NCBI GenBank assembly: GCA_030704615.1
Contig: CM060731.1
Coordinates: forward strand, 53,134,001-53,198,000
Length of the DNA: 64,000 bases
DNA from: Takakia lepidozioides
Lineage: Eukaryota > Plantae > Bryophyta
Direction of reading: 5' to 3'
Shown here: positions 1-13,324 of the stretch, piece by piece
How the letters are laid out: each line of letters opens with the position of its first letter
How positions within the stretch are numbered: the first letter of the stretch is position 1
Position numbers and translations under genes: made by a program
Notes under the pieces: model-generated
Told to the model about the DNA's origin: nothing
Seen by the model: the letters and a program-made list of their open reading frames with translations, nothing else
Database searches by the model: none

Positions 1-298
1 ACTTCAGAAAACCCAAACTGTACTTAGATCTCCATGTACATTTCCAGAATGATTCTTGAGCAAGTGGCACTTCCCTATTTTTCCCCTCTAGGTTGTTTTG
101 ACCTACAAATTGCGAAAATGTTCAACATAGCGCTAACCCGAGAGCAATACTCTATCGAGGTCTTTCGAGTTTGAAGGGTTTTTGGGTTGCAACTCATTGC
201 ACCAAGATTGCACCTGGGATCTCACTTACATGTACTTATCTATCACCTTGGAGGCACTTCATCATTGACACAACCAGAATGAATGGAGGGCTGTGCAG

Positions 299-3200
299 GT
301 GCAGACATCGGACGGGTTCCTGCTGGGCCTACAGCACATTGCACATGGAGCGAGTGGGCCAGGATCAGTTGGAAGCCGACCCCCTGTCTACCTTCAGCAT
401 GGATTGTTTGGGGTATGTCACATTTAGGCTCAGGTGGATTTATTGACTCACGTGCTTGAACCAGAATCAAGATTGATCTCGAATTCATTGCATATATAAT
501 TAGTATCCATCGATCGGGACCAAAGAGTTTGATCAATAGCTGCGTGTGGCCTGGACTGAAGAAATGTCGAGTGAAGTCAAGACAGAACACGGCGAAAGTA
601 CAGATAGTCCCTTACAAAATGTTGGCTCTTTCTCACCTGAATAGGGAGGACACAACTGGGTAATCAATCCCCCCGAAGAATCTTTGGCGTACATACTGGC
701 AGACCAAGGATTTGATGTGTGGATCGGCAACACGCGTTGCAATCTGTGGAGTAAAGGCCACGTCTCCTTGTCAACCAGCGACACGGTACGTTCTCTAATT
801 TTGCCATGTCCCGGCCTGGTCGACTTCTTCTTGAATCATCCCCACCAATGCGTACAACTTTTAGGAAGCGTATTTTTAAGTACTATAGCTGCATGGATAC
901 TGCAAGTTAGTCAAGTATATGATTCTTGAAATATGCTCTCTTTCTATGGATCATTACGAGCTCTATTTGCTCTCCAACTGCTGCTGATCACTCGGCACTT
1001 TCGTCCGCTGCCTGACATGCAGGAGTATTGGGACTGGACATTTGATGAGCACGCATCAATTGATTTTCCGGCCTTGGTCTCTTATATCTACGGGGCAACT
1101 GGCACCCCCCTGTATTATGTGGGTCACTCTCAGGTACAGATATCGTACATACTGTATTCGTGTAGAGGTTACCGACATGGCATTTTGCAAGCTTCCTAAT
1201 CTAAATGGTGCACGGACTCATGAACGAGGATCAATCGAAATATGTCGTATTCATGAGAGTGATTGGTTGTTCTTGAAATTTAAACAGTACTGTACATACA
1301 AACACAATTTGATTTAACATAGGCTCGGCGCATTGGACTCAGTATAGTAGCGCAATTGACAAGATCTGGATTCGTCATCATGTGGTTGCTCGCAGGGGAC
1401 AATCATGGCCTTAGCGGCTTTCTCCCAGTCACCAGACATAACCCAAATGGTGAAAGCGGCTGTCTTAATGAGCCCAATCGCGTATATGCAGCACATCACG
1501 TCCATACTCTCCCGTGTCGCCGCCGATCTCATGCTTGACAAGGTACTGGTCTTGCAACCTTCAAAAGCTTGTCGTGTATTTTCCGAAAGGTCGTGTATAT
1601 TATCATGTTGCCCAGATGTGAGCACTCGCGCTCTAGTCAGACTATGAGATATCGAGGAAATGACTCCATGGCGGCCAGACTGTTTTAGATCTTTAGAGCC
1701 TATGAATCTATTTGACACGGCATTGTATGGTGCACAATGACGTGCTTGTGGCAGATTTTCAATCTATTTGGAATACAGGAAATCAGTATGCACAAGTAAG
1801 TTTCCAAGTCTCAGCATTTCTCTTACGGATAGTATACACGTGTGATTGCCAAGTGCTCTCTACTGAAGCAAAATTTCTTAATTGCAAGTTGCCATTTTTC
1901 AGGAAGAAAGACGCGTTGCTTAATTAGAGTGCTGCTTGAGTTAAAGCAGCTGCGACTTCCCTATTGTTTCTGAAAGAGCACTAGCACATCGTGAGCACTA
2001 CAGAGCACCACATCGTGCCTAGGCAGGTATACGGGCAGATGTAACTCTACGTTGCTCAATGCATCCTTTCTGATGAACATTCCAACTGTAGAAGCAGTAC
2101 TTGGACCTGTCCATTCTGATGGTGTTTCCATGTATCAAGACATGCAGTAAGGTAGGGAATGAGCTGCTCACCTTAGCGTGCTCGGTTAAAGGTGTCAATT
2201 GCGGTGATCTGCAAACTGCTTTTACAGGTGCTTCATTTTACCTCACGACTCATTGTAATTGAGAGTGTTAGAGAGTTTTACCTGGACAAATATGTATATT
2301 GTACATTCTCTTGAAGTGCACTATCACACCATGTTAGAATTGAGCAAGAACATGAACAAGAACTAAAGTCTTAGACTAAAGCTAAAACTAAAGCTCTCCT
2401 CCCAACCATAGAAGCCACCATCATACTCTTACACTTAGACTTGTGGCTTCACCCCCTAGCTTGTACAAGAAGTCTCTAGGAAGTCCTACTTGGTCACTTC
2501 CACTTCCACTATGGTGACCATTCACCTTCTAGCCATTCACCTTCCAAAGGTGAGTTAAACAAGATAGTCTCTTAGACTTCTAAACCCTTGGCCTTCAAGA
2601 CTCTTAGTCTTCTAGATATGTTTAATTACTTCCAACACACCAATCCAGGCGGAGGTGTATGTTAATGCGGTTATCATATCATGGAATGCCACACTTTTCA
2701 AGCCCTCTGTTCTAACTTCTCAAGCATAAAACATGCTGAGACAATGCTCTTGGGCTTGATCTTTGCCCAGATAGATTGTCCCTTCATGTCCATCTATTTT
2801 TTCCCTTTCAGAAGGAAGGTGGATGTCATCCTGGAGAAAGAAAGAGGTGACCAACTGTACTCATGGGAGACTCATGTCCAGCATCTCCAAGAACGACGAT
2901 ATCGTTGATATCAATCTATCCGAAACATGTTTATCTTTGCTCGTACATGCTATATACGAAGTATGTATCGATCGGGGCTCTACCACTTAGAGTTGCTGTA
3001 CTATGATTTGAAATATTTATCTCGGCCAGGGTGTTCGAATCTGGGTCTCCCTGTTTAACACATGAATATGTTTGCCACAGGCCAAAACTGCTGTTACAAC
3101 ACTTCCCGCGCAGCTTACTACAATGAATGGGGCCCCGAATCCTCTTCAACGAAGAACTTGCAACATCTTGCACAGAGTAATCTTACCACCTATATCTCGA

Positions 3201-3729
3201 ACTAAAATTGTTGGAAGCGGTCATTGACGAACCCGCTTGAGCACATGCTTTAAAAACCTTTCCCTCAGGACTATCTCCATAAATGTGTAACTAGAGTGTA
3301 ACTTGTACACTAATTAAGAAGAACTCACATCTCTGTCAGGTGCTCATTTCTTTATATGTACCTAGAGCAACATGGTGGGTCCTATTCTCTGATTCACATG
3401 TGTTATCGATGCTCTGCACAGTGATCCGGCATGGCGACTTCACAATGTACGACTTTGGGGAGGCTGAAAACCGTGTACACTACAATCAAGCAACCCCTCC
3501 TACATATCAATTGGCCAACATACCGCAAGCATTTCCCATTATGTTGGCCTATGGAGGAAATGATGCCTTGGCAGATCCACAAGATGTGCAACTCTTGATG
3601 GATGCTCTCAAGGCCCAGGTAGAGCCACTCTACCTGGCCAACTATGCGCACTCTGATTTCACTGCAAGCTATCGAGCCAACGTCGATGTGTACACCGCCG
3701 CCATTGCCTTCTTCCAAGCCCACACTTGA
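299..3729 (+). CDS. Acid triacylglycerol lipase (gastric/lysosomal acid lipase family, plant LIP1/LIP2-like); 5' exon(s) lie upstream of the window
   Basis: GT-AG exons read by hand: 299-412 (VQTSDGFLLGLQHI..PVYLQHGLFG), 645-785 (SLAYILADQGFDVWIGNTR), 1023-1133 (YWDWTFDEHASID..YYVGHSQ), 1396-1542 (GTIMALAA..), 1755-1795, 2148-2227, 3081-3176, 3422-3729 (GGNDALAD..YAHSDF, stop). Catalytic triad Ser (GHSQG), Asp and His all present; exon phases are consistent. Confidence 0.93.
2266..2637. mobile_element. Possible solo LTR inside a lipase intron
   Basis: About 370 bp bounded by TGTTAGA...TCCAACA (imperfect inverted TG..CA ends). No matching TSD found. Confidence 0.3.
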
Positions 3730-6700
3730 TTCAAATCTGACTTCCGCATTCATATCAGATCAAGCACATGCCTTCGATCAATCCATTCAAGCGTCCAAAC
3801 TGGAAAACACTTGTACATTAAAGTCCATGCAACCCATTTTTTACATGTTATTTGACCAATTTGCTCACACTGTAGTTTCAATGTTCTGAACTTGATACCC
3901 GACAACCCAACCAAGTTACAACCATCATCCATTCTGGTGCTTGAGGACAACCACCAAGAAGATAATCCGTGCATACAATACCTGGATTTGAATGTGGTCA
4001 TATATTTACAGCCCATTTGGCAAGCCGACTTGGCGGAGCAGCTAGATCATCTAGTATATGAAAGAGGGGTTAATGGCAGTAATGTATTGAAGTCATGAAA
4101 ATGTTGTAGCAAATTTTTGAGGTAAAAATATCAATCAGGCAGTATCAAATAAGGATTATACTTGATGAAATGAGAGGGAGCCCAGGATAAACATCTGATA
4201 AGTATTTGAACGGGGGAGGACTTCTGATCTGGCCTTTCATCTGGATGACCTGGTGGCATGAACAGATATGTGACCGCCTGACAGTGAGGGGCCGTATTCG
4301 TCATTCTCTTGAGAGATCGTGGAGCGGCGGATATGTGTGCTGGATACTATATCGGGGAGAGCAGCAGGGAGTTAAGTTGCATGACGGCTCAGAGCGGCTC
4401 TTGAATTTATGGAGACAAGGCATGATGGGGGCGGTTGCTGAGAATGGTGAAACCTATTGCTATGGTGAAATCAAGGGGATGGGGATGATTGGCTGGCATA
4501 TGCAGGAAACGAGTGTTACCATCATGAATGGAGTATTTGCAGAGCAAGAGGGCGGCAAAAATAGCATCTCTCATAATATGTAGGAGTAAGAAAGGAAGTT
4601 GCAGGGCCAGTGGGCAGCTCGCAGATCGAGGGGCCGAGTTAATAGCCTCAGCTGAGATAGACTAGAGAATTAGATAGAGATCTGTTGGCTGGTATGTGGG
4701 CAGAAGATGTGCCTGGTCACCAGGGAAGGAATTGATCATGAAATAGATAAAGGTGGCAGCAATGGTATCTGCAGGGGTAGGGCGGCGCCGCTGAGGAGAA
4801 ATATCTGAAGGAAAGGGGTGAAAGAAGGCTACTGTGTAGAGAAAAGAGCTGGAGTAGGAGAAAATGGTTGATTTTTCCTTAGCACCTGTCTTAGGACCTT
4901 CCGTTTGAGGAAGCATGATATAAATCGAAGTGGGGAGCTTGCAACCAGCAAAGAGTATGAGTGTGAGGATTACGTATAAGAATCTGCTTTGAGTAGTTGT
5001 CAGCAATGAGAGAGTATCTTTGAATTGCTGCGAGTGAGAACAAGTAGATTTTCATGACAAATCACCCAAGGGGCATGCGAAGATCATCTCTTGGAAACGC
5101 TGAAAAGGGCACTGTGCATTGTTTTACAATTTGCAGTCAGAAAAAGAGGTTGGCAGGGGTGGGATCACATGAAACAGTGTCACCTGCTAGCTAGATGATA
5201 TGACTTAAAGGGTTCACTGTGGATGTCTGAACAGTGAAGAGGTACCTCCAATACTAGTAAATGTGTATCCTACATGTGCAACGCTGTACTCACGTGGGAT
5301 GGATTTGTGCAAAGATACATGTAGGCATATGCAATGTCCTCTTCTTGAACTGAGTTTCTTTTATTGCAAGCAATGACTATATAGGGTTTTCTTTCTTCTG
5401 CTGCAGCTTTGTATGGTTAGCCAGTCCTAGATCTCTGACATGATTGAAGATACAAGCCCACTTAGCAAGGGCTCCTTTTTCACGCTACAATGTCACCATT
5501 TTGCAAATGAATGAATTGACATTTGTTAGCACAACCTGGCTACCATAACCGAGTATGAGGATGACATTGAGTATCAGGATGACACTGATATGACTACCAT
5601 AAGAGCTAAGTACGTCATCGAAGAAAATGAATTCACCATAGGTCATAAGGGATAATATGATGTTTTGTGTTCCATGACAAAGAACCAATAGCCCCACTTG
5701 AGGAGTCTCGATAAATTATCCATTGGACGTGACAACCTTTAAGGTCTCTGGGACTCTGAGCACCCTTTTCTCAAGTCTATCATGGAAAGGGCCTAGTATA
5801 GTGTGAGGAAATCCCACGCCTATAGGGTAACATGTTTATCATGTATAGGGGTTACTTGTTTTTTAAGTGTTGCTGTGAGGGCCTATGTAAGCAGTTAAAA
5901 ATAGTTTCGCAAATTTTTTAGTTTATCAATTTTCGTTTCACTGAAGAATATTCGGAAGGCATCTTAGGAATATGCGGTATATTCGCTTGTGCTCGCGTGC
6001 CCAACCTCACTACAACGATAACCTTGAACTCCTTGTGTGCGCCCTAATCACTACAACTGGCCCGCCTTTGAGCACAAACCGCGCCAACCATTGAAGAATA
6101 AAGAAAAACACACTACACCAATTTTGTGTTTTAATGACTAAGTTATGTAGTCATAACTGCCACATTTGACTGCTTTACAACTCTCTGAGAAGCAGGTGGC
6201 TGAAGGTGAACAACATATGACCCACAAAGGTGCAGAACTTATAAGAAACCTCCGCTACCTTGTGAAGAAAATTTCTAGTATTGATGTTAACCGCATGATT
6301 TATAAACTTGCAGACAATTTGCATACTAAATTGCAATGCAGGACTCAATCTGTAGCTTGCTGCACCATCCAACATATATTAACTGCACCACATATTTCTA
6401 CTATGGTGCCAAATGCCACTTGGAACTTAAGGTATGTAAGAACAGATGCGCGCAACTGCAATAGGTGGGTTGTATGGGTAGGGAGAATCAGCAATGTCAC
6501 ATAAATGGGCATAGCCAAACTACATATATATTGCAAGTGCCCGATGAACACCACCCTCTCTCTGCCCCAAACAACAAAGTTCTAAAAGCCCTGTGTTCCA
6601 GGTCCTCCTGCATTTGTGTACACCTCATTTCGTAGAGCTCTTTCCATTAAGCACTAAACAAAATTCACTCATGAGGGTGCAAACTTCAAGGGCTTCCAAA

Positions 6701-8092
6701 GGGGAAAGGGGGTCAATCAATGAGGCTGACGTATTTTCTTTGGAGTCTTTAACTATTAACCAAACCAAATGCTCTCTCATAGTTCGCTCATCCATGCTGT
6801 CAGACTTGTCAAAAGTCAGCAATCCCAGTCTCCTTTTCAAATTTACACGTCCTTCTAATTCAAGTTGTCTTTGTCCAGTCCCAGCACGATCTCACACTTG
6901 ATGACCACCACCCTTTCAGCCAAAGCTCCGTACTTGATGCCTCATGCTTCCACTGTTGGGACGCTGGTAGACTTCGAAAAACACATTGTCCCATTACACA
7001 CTATCAAACGCTTGGTAGCCATGCTTCACCTACATGAACTGCACTCTTATCCAATGGAACCCCTTCAAAAAATCCAGGGGATTCAAACAGTTTCGGCATC
7101 TTCAGGAATGGTTGCAGATTGACCCCAAACTACCACACTCCCCACTGTTCAAGATACACTGGAGTTGCCATGCAACAATGACGTTTTCCAAACAGCTACA
7201 TAATGCACATGCTCCAGCTTGACCTGTTCAGCTATCCAGGCAACAGAACGCTACCTTAGTGCCCAGTCGTAGATGGAATGGTACAAAAAGGATAATTGAC
7301 AAAACAATGAACAGTCTTCTCTTTTCTCTATCTCTCCACCCCACTCCAACAGCAGCTGTCCTGAATAGAATGGAAGGCTGATTTTGCTATCTTCATTCGC
7401 CCATGTTACCACTATCTGAGTAGATAAAACACCAACTCTGGTTGACATTACAAACTGCATGAAGGGCTGCAAGGAAGTCAAGGGCAAGGTCCTGGATCAA
7501 AGCCATAGCAATAAGGGCAGGAAGTTGTAGAATCCCTCGGAATTTGCACCATAATAGTTTTCATCACAGCTATGCTTCTCATCGATTAGATCTGAGGTAG
7601 TTATCTGGAACTCAAGTTTTACTGATGTTGCAAAGTTTTTCACAACTCCCATCCCATCATCTGAGGTTCAACTAGCTTCTTCAGTGGAAGTTCCAATTGA
7701 AGCCCAACAACAACAATGACATCAAGTTAGTTATATGTATTCATTGCCTCCATTGAAGCAATGTGAACCAACTATAAGCATCCAGTAATCACTGCCTGGC
7801 AGTTAACCAAGCCACATTACAGACACTTCAGAAATATCTTTGGATGACAATTAATTAGAAGTTACTAAGTAATCCATGCAAGCAGGGAAACAAAGGTAGG
7901 CCCCTCGGCTGGGGCTTGCCATGCCAAACACTACCGACGCATTGATCTGCTGATACTTTATGCACAATAGACTAATCCATAAACCAACCAGGCAGACTTA
8001 CAAGATCCTGCACAGTACTGCTGGCATTCATGAAAACAGCTGCCAAAACCATGTCCCCACAAAATGGAGCACAGCATACAGAAAAAAAAAAT

Positions 8093-8945
8093 GTACTCAC
8101 AAGACGTTGTTTGTAGTAGCCTTGTGGCCATAGACCCTGCGCCCAGTTTGGGCGGAACAAAAGGGACCAGAAACTATCATTGTGAGGGGCTCACTCCGGT
8201 AGTCTGAGTTGCCTTGGTTTAAACAGTTAGTTCGAGATTTCCAGATATCCTCAAGAAAGCCTTCACACAAGCATCAATCTGCTGTGTGTGAGCAGACCAA
8301 AAGGTAGACCCCAACAGGACTTAAAGGCTCAGCCTCAACCTCAAGATTTGGAAGTTGGTGGACAGAGGTGCTGGGACATATTCTTGATCGTCCTGAAGAG
8401 GGTCGACTCTCTAATGGACATTGTCTTCAGGTTGCCCACACATCCTCCCTTCATCTGTTTCTTGTTCAAAGGTAGGCTTCCAGCCCTGAATATAAATTTC
8501 AGTCTAGTGCCAAGGGTAGGTAGGCCCTTGAGATCATCATCGCCCATGTCATAGACTGGAAACAAGTTCAGGGAAGTTTTACGCCTAACTTCATTTTCAT
8601 CGGATAGTCTTTGAGCATCAGACATGGCTTCGGACACAACCCCTCCAAGTCAGCTTCATCCAGTGGGTCAATTCTTCTGGACTGATATTCAAATACTTGA
8701 AAATCTCTTTTACCCTTCTCCGCCAAAACTTAGCCTGTTTAAGAGGATAGTCTTGCTTCCAAGAAATAGCGTCGATCATCTTAGGGTGTCTGGTATTAGG
8801 CATGAGATTCAACTGACCCCACCATCTGACATTGATATAAAGGCTTTCCAGATTTCATCTAGAATCTGCTGTGTGTGAGCTGTCCAGCAATTAGACCCCA
8901 ACAGGGCCAGGGCTTTAGGCTCAGCCGCGAGATTTTGAAAGACCA
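8093..8945 (-). mobile_element. 5'-truncated RTE-like LINE (3' end of ORF2 plus tail)
   Basis: Collinear with 57362-58170 (PTLGTRLKF.(F/L)RAGSLPLN; DAISWKQD) and carries the same 3' terminal motif GGCCACAAGGCTAC..CAAACAACGTCTT.TGAGTACA. Confidence 0.8.
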
Positions 8946-9363
8946 CAGCATATAGAGTGACAGTTTTTGTCCCAAATCTAAGGTTAAGTCAGTGGCGAAC
9001 AAATGATGAGCACTACAACACTATGTACTTCCGCAAGGTCCAAGCAAAAACCCTAGCAGTGGTGAAAACAGCCGTGTGCCAGCATAAAGGCGAAATCTCG
9101 CCTGCAAGACTGGATCGTGATAAAACTACAGTCATATCTGTGCTACCCAGATCACTACAAACAGCCTTTTCTGGTTCAGGGTGGCATCTTCAGGCAGAGT
9201 TTTATTTCCCAGTGGCATAAACCCCATGACTGGTTCTGAGCAGGTTAGTATCCCATGAGGACTTCAAGGGAAGTATGTCCCAACTCTTTTACAATAGCCT
9301 CAAATAAATGGAGAGTCTTTTTTACATTGCCTTCATATTACTCACCTTGAAAATTCAAATATG

Positions 9364-11902
9364 TCAAGCCCAGTGCTTTTGGCTTCTGTGGCGCTCCTTG
9401 TGGGGGGACCCTTCCTCATCACGGTGCCTTTTCTTATGTCTCTCCTTTCCATCTTTGTGACTGTGTCGATGTTCCTTTCTCCTTCGACGCCGTTCACTTT
9501 TCTCCTCCCTCCGCCTGTTCTTCTCTTCCTTCAGCTTTGCAATCACAGCCAATGCCTCTTCAACCGTTGTTACCTTATCAGGCAAATCTGCCCGTTCTTT
9601 TTCATTTGCAATTGATGTGACTGGCACTGGACCCCCTACACCAATGCCATGCTTCATCCATGCGGGTTGTACCATAGCTCGCCCTCTCCCCACGGACCCC
9701 GTAGCCAGCATTTGACTGGAAATGCCAGCCGGAAATCTTGCAGGTTGACTAGACAGTGGAGCCTCCTTTTGAAAGGGCCCTTTGTCTTTAGCGGTATTAG
9801 ACATTTTCTTGTCAAAATCTTCCTCCTCTGGCAGCAACTCGTAGGTCTTTTCACCAGTAGAATAGCATTCTTTTTTCAGATGGCCGTAGCCACCACATCG
9901 TGTGCATTGTACATTGTATACAGCCTCCAGCTTAAGCTGCCCCACATGTGACCCAATAACTCAACACAATGAGTGTCACCCTCCCCACAATGATGCTCAT
10001 TTCTCCAAGAATATTTCCAAAAAACTTTGGAGCTCAAAATCTAAACCTCATCACCTTTGTTTCCTCCCATTTCCCGTTCTGTCTTTCCCTCCCTCCCACG
10101 TCATAACCCTCATCCGCAGCACATTACCCTCTCCTTACCTCAAGAGCTGAGTGCAAGAAACCACAATGATCCTGCAGGCTTATGACAGTGCACAACTGCT
10201 TTCTGCCAAAATGGGAGTAGCAGAGGTTAATAGAATGGGAAGGAGATTTACCTTCTGAGGTTCCTGCCGTAGAGGCCGTGACTGTTGCTGTTCCAGCTGC
10301 ACATTGTTGGGGTCCAGATCTCGACCATCCCCCTGACTCACATACTTTAACGAGCATGCAACTTTGGTACTGCCATCCTCCTCCTGCTTCACTGAGATCA
10401 CTTTAACCCATACCTGATCCCCTTCTCCAGCTATTGAGGCAAGTGCCTGCACTTTGGCTTCGTCAGAATCATCTCTCTTAGTAACCTGCAACCAAGTGAG
10501 ATTTGGTATTTCAGGACTCATAAAGGCAGATATACCAAGGAGGAGCCAAACTAGGGGAAACAATCAATCTATATAAAACATGAGGTGAAAAAAAGACTCC
10601 TCAGAAAGTGAAAACAAACAAACTTCAAAGAAGTGTAGGATAACGACTGGAGGAGACAGATAGAATGACACACGGGGACAACCACATTTGCATGTGTTTC
10701 TGTCTGCCTACCTGCCTCCATTAGCAACAGGAGGCCTAAGACTAGCCACTCACAACTGCAGTTGTTGTGTGTATTGCAGCAAAACCCGCCACCATCATAC
10801 ACATGACCCTTGCCCAGGAATTCTCTCGAATTTCTGGGAATAACGCAGGCAACTTCAACTAACAACTCGGAACACAAAAGACGACTGAAAGAATAAAGGT
10901 ATAAACCTCGTGATCGCTGACTTGAGATATGTGAACAAGCCCATGGTTCCGGAAACCATCCAGGCGCACAAATATGCCGAAGTGCCGAACAGAATGCACT
11001 GTCGCCTTGTGTATGCTGTAGAGTGGTGGTGGAACAGGCGAATCTTGGCCTCCTCGTTCTCTAACCCTGTCCAATGGCCTCCTCCTGTCAATATCACCAT
11101 CTCTTGCCTTCCAGGTGTCGAGAGTTTCTTCGTCATCTTCATACCTAGCACGGTCTCGGCCAGTTTGACCTCGCAAATTGACATCTCTTTCAAATCTCTG
11201 AGATCCTCCATTTCTCTCTGTGTCCCCGCCTCTGTAGGGGCCGCGCATTGTATCCCCACCACCCCTCCTTTCCTGTCCTTTGTCGTCATTCTTAGACCTA
11301 ATGTGATCATGATCCCTTCGATTGTATGGGTCCACCACCCTTGGACCATCATCTCTGTCCCTATACCTGTCTCTCGGCTGCAGGCCGCCATCTCTGTGTC
11401 TTTCCGAATCCCTCTGAGGACCTCTTTCAAAACCCCTTCCCCTTGCAGGCACGACTCCATCCTTGTCTCTATCCCAGGCGACTCTACCATCTTTTTCTGT
11501 GTCCCTATCTCTTTCCCTGAACGTACTTTTATCGAGGTCAGGTTCTCTTGAGATCCGGGTACCAGTGATTCTGTCCCCGGTGATCCGGACATCTTGGGCA
11601 TTGGTTCTAAAATTATCAAACTTCTTCTCAAGAGGCCTATCCACACTCTTCTCAAGATCTACACCCAAACCAGCCTTCACTCCATTTCCATCATTTATCC
11701 CCACGTACTCATCAACGATCCGCGAGAACTTTTCTCTTGGGGGAGATGGGACAGTCGCTGAAGGGCTACGTGAAGAATCGGAGTCAGACTGAGCTCGAAC
11801 AATAGTAGACCGCAAAACTGGTGCACTACGGGTGCTGTACAGTCTGTCATCATTGCCAGGACTGTTAGTGTCACTGGGTGAAACCCTAGGAGACGTCGAC
11901 AT
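9364..11902 (-). CDS. S1 RNA-binding domain + CCHC zinc-knuckle protein (ZCCHC17/pNO40-like), about 600 aa
   Basis: Exons 11902-10907 (ATG MSTSPR; R/D-rich region; S1 start LYSIHKATVHSVRHFGIFVRLDGFRNHGLVHISQVS), 10485-10252 (GDQVWVKVISV..ACSLKYVSQGDGRDLDP) and 9936-9364 (CTRCGGYGHLKKEC; K/R/H-rich tail). GT-AG phase-0 introns. Confidence 0.88.
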
Positions 11903-13324
11903 GTCTGAAGCTTTGATACTAAGCAGTGTTGAGCTTCCAACTAGCACAAAGCACTCTTCGGTATACAGACTCGCACCACCTAGCTTACCACGCGGTCATT
12001 ATCTGTTGCTTCAACAACGTAAACTCCAAGAGGGAGGTGAAAAGTCCGTGAAAGAGCCCACGGAGAGCAAAACAAGGTCGGAGGATACGAAGCAAACAGA
12101 GGACTTGAAAAATAAAACTCTCTAAACTAATTCGAATCACTCTTTTCTGATATAAGTGCAGACCTTCATGAAAGAAACAGGGCGCCAGTGTAGGCAACAG
12201 AGCATTGATGGGTTGTTGGGCGTGCACCGAGAGGAAACACCAATAAGAAATCTCTTCTGGACAGCACCGGCTCTCAATCTCAATCGAGAGAGACGGCAAA
12301 ACAGTGTCAATGCAGCAAAAGAGGTTTGGGGGTGTCTAAAGAAAATATCAAAGATTACTGAGAGACGGAACATAAAGATCTTGCATCAGCTCTCACGACG
12401 GAAACGAATGACCTTCAAAGAGAAGATCTGTGTTGCCAGGTTCTAGATTCTGAAAGGTGCAGACCGTGGGATCCATGGGGGCGGAAGAGCAACACACATA
12501 CCCACACCAGTACTTAGAGAGAGCGAGAGAGATAGAAGAAGCTTTGAAGTTCCTCTTCCCTTGCCCTTTACGCAGCCTTCTCATCTTTCTTCACGGACGG
12601 GCCACATTCGCCCGATCCTGAGATCCGACGGTCAGGATGTGGAAAAGATTTACTCTAGGGCCCTGAGGAGCTCGGGAGAGTTGTATACGAGCCAAACGGT
12701 GCTATTGGAGCCACTCCCTCTCTCGAACCTTTCCTTACGTGTCGAAAAATTTACCGTTGGATGTGTGCATTCAATGAATCGTAACCGTCTACACCGAAAG
12801 AGCGACCCTGTGTAGAACCGGGGACCTTCCCGCTCGGTTAGGGTATAGGCATGACGCACGATGGCTGCCTCTTCTCCCTGCCAAGCGCAGATAGTCCCAG
12901 CGATGGTGAAGGGCGGCAGGGGAGCGAAGAAGGACGAGGAGTTCCTTGTACGTTACAAAGATGGGAGAGATAGCAAAAGTTTAATCTCGTTTCTGTTCTA
13001 GGGAAGGTAGTCGGTGTATGCACGGAAGAAGATTGTAAATATGTAACGTTTCCCTATTTCCTAGCATTGTTACACTGTGCAGAAGGTCGAAGATGGAGCA
13101 TGGATTCTGCTGTTGACGAATCTGGGAAGATATTGTCCATAGGATGGGTGGGTTTTGGGTTTTGGGTTTAAGGTAGTGAAGATGATACATTCGCTTTGTC
13201 AACCTGGAGGTCGCATATCTACATTCCTAGCATAGCAGGTTTTAATGAACGCAATTCATCATGTTTTCATTGAAGGCTCTGCCCTGCTAGTTGAAGATGA
13301 TGGGAAGCTTTGGTCGTTAAAGCT

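Noticed and set aside
4100-5900. Purine-rich stretch with 114-125 aa ORFs
   Set aside because: No recognisable motifs in any frame.
6017-6070. Short similarity to 27808-27860 (GATAACCTTGAAC..AATCACTACAA)
   Set aside because: Probably an LTR relic, but too short to delimit.
6345-6560. LLILPTHTTHLLQ resembles the pogo/DDE_1 transposase motif LPxHTTHLLQPLD
   Set aside because: Single short motif lacking the PLD; no supporting domains or TIRs seen.
10855-11792. Overlapping 266-aa, 213-aa and 109-aa ORFs
   Set aside because: Alternative-frame or antisense shadows of the low-complexity S1-protein exon.
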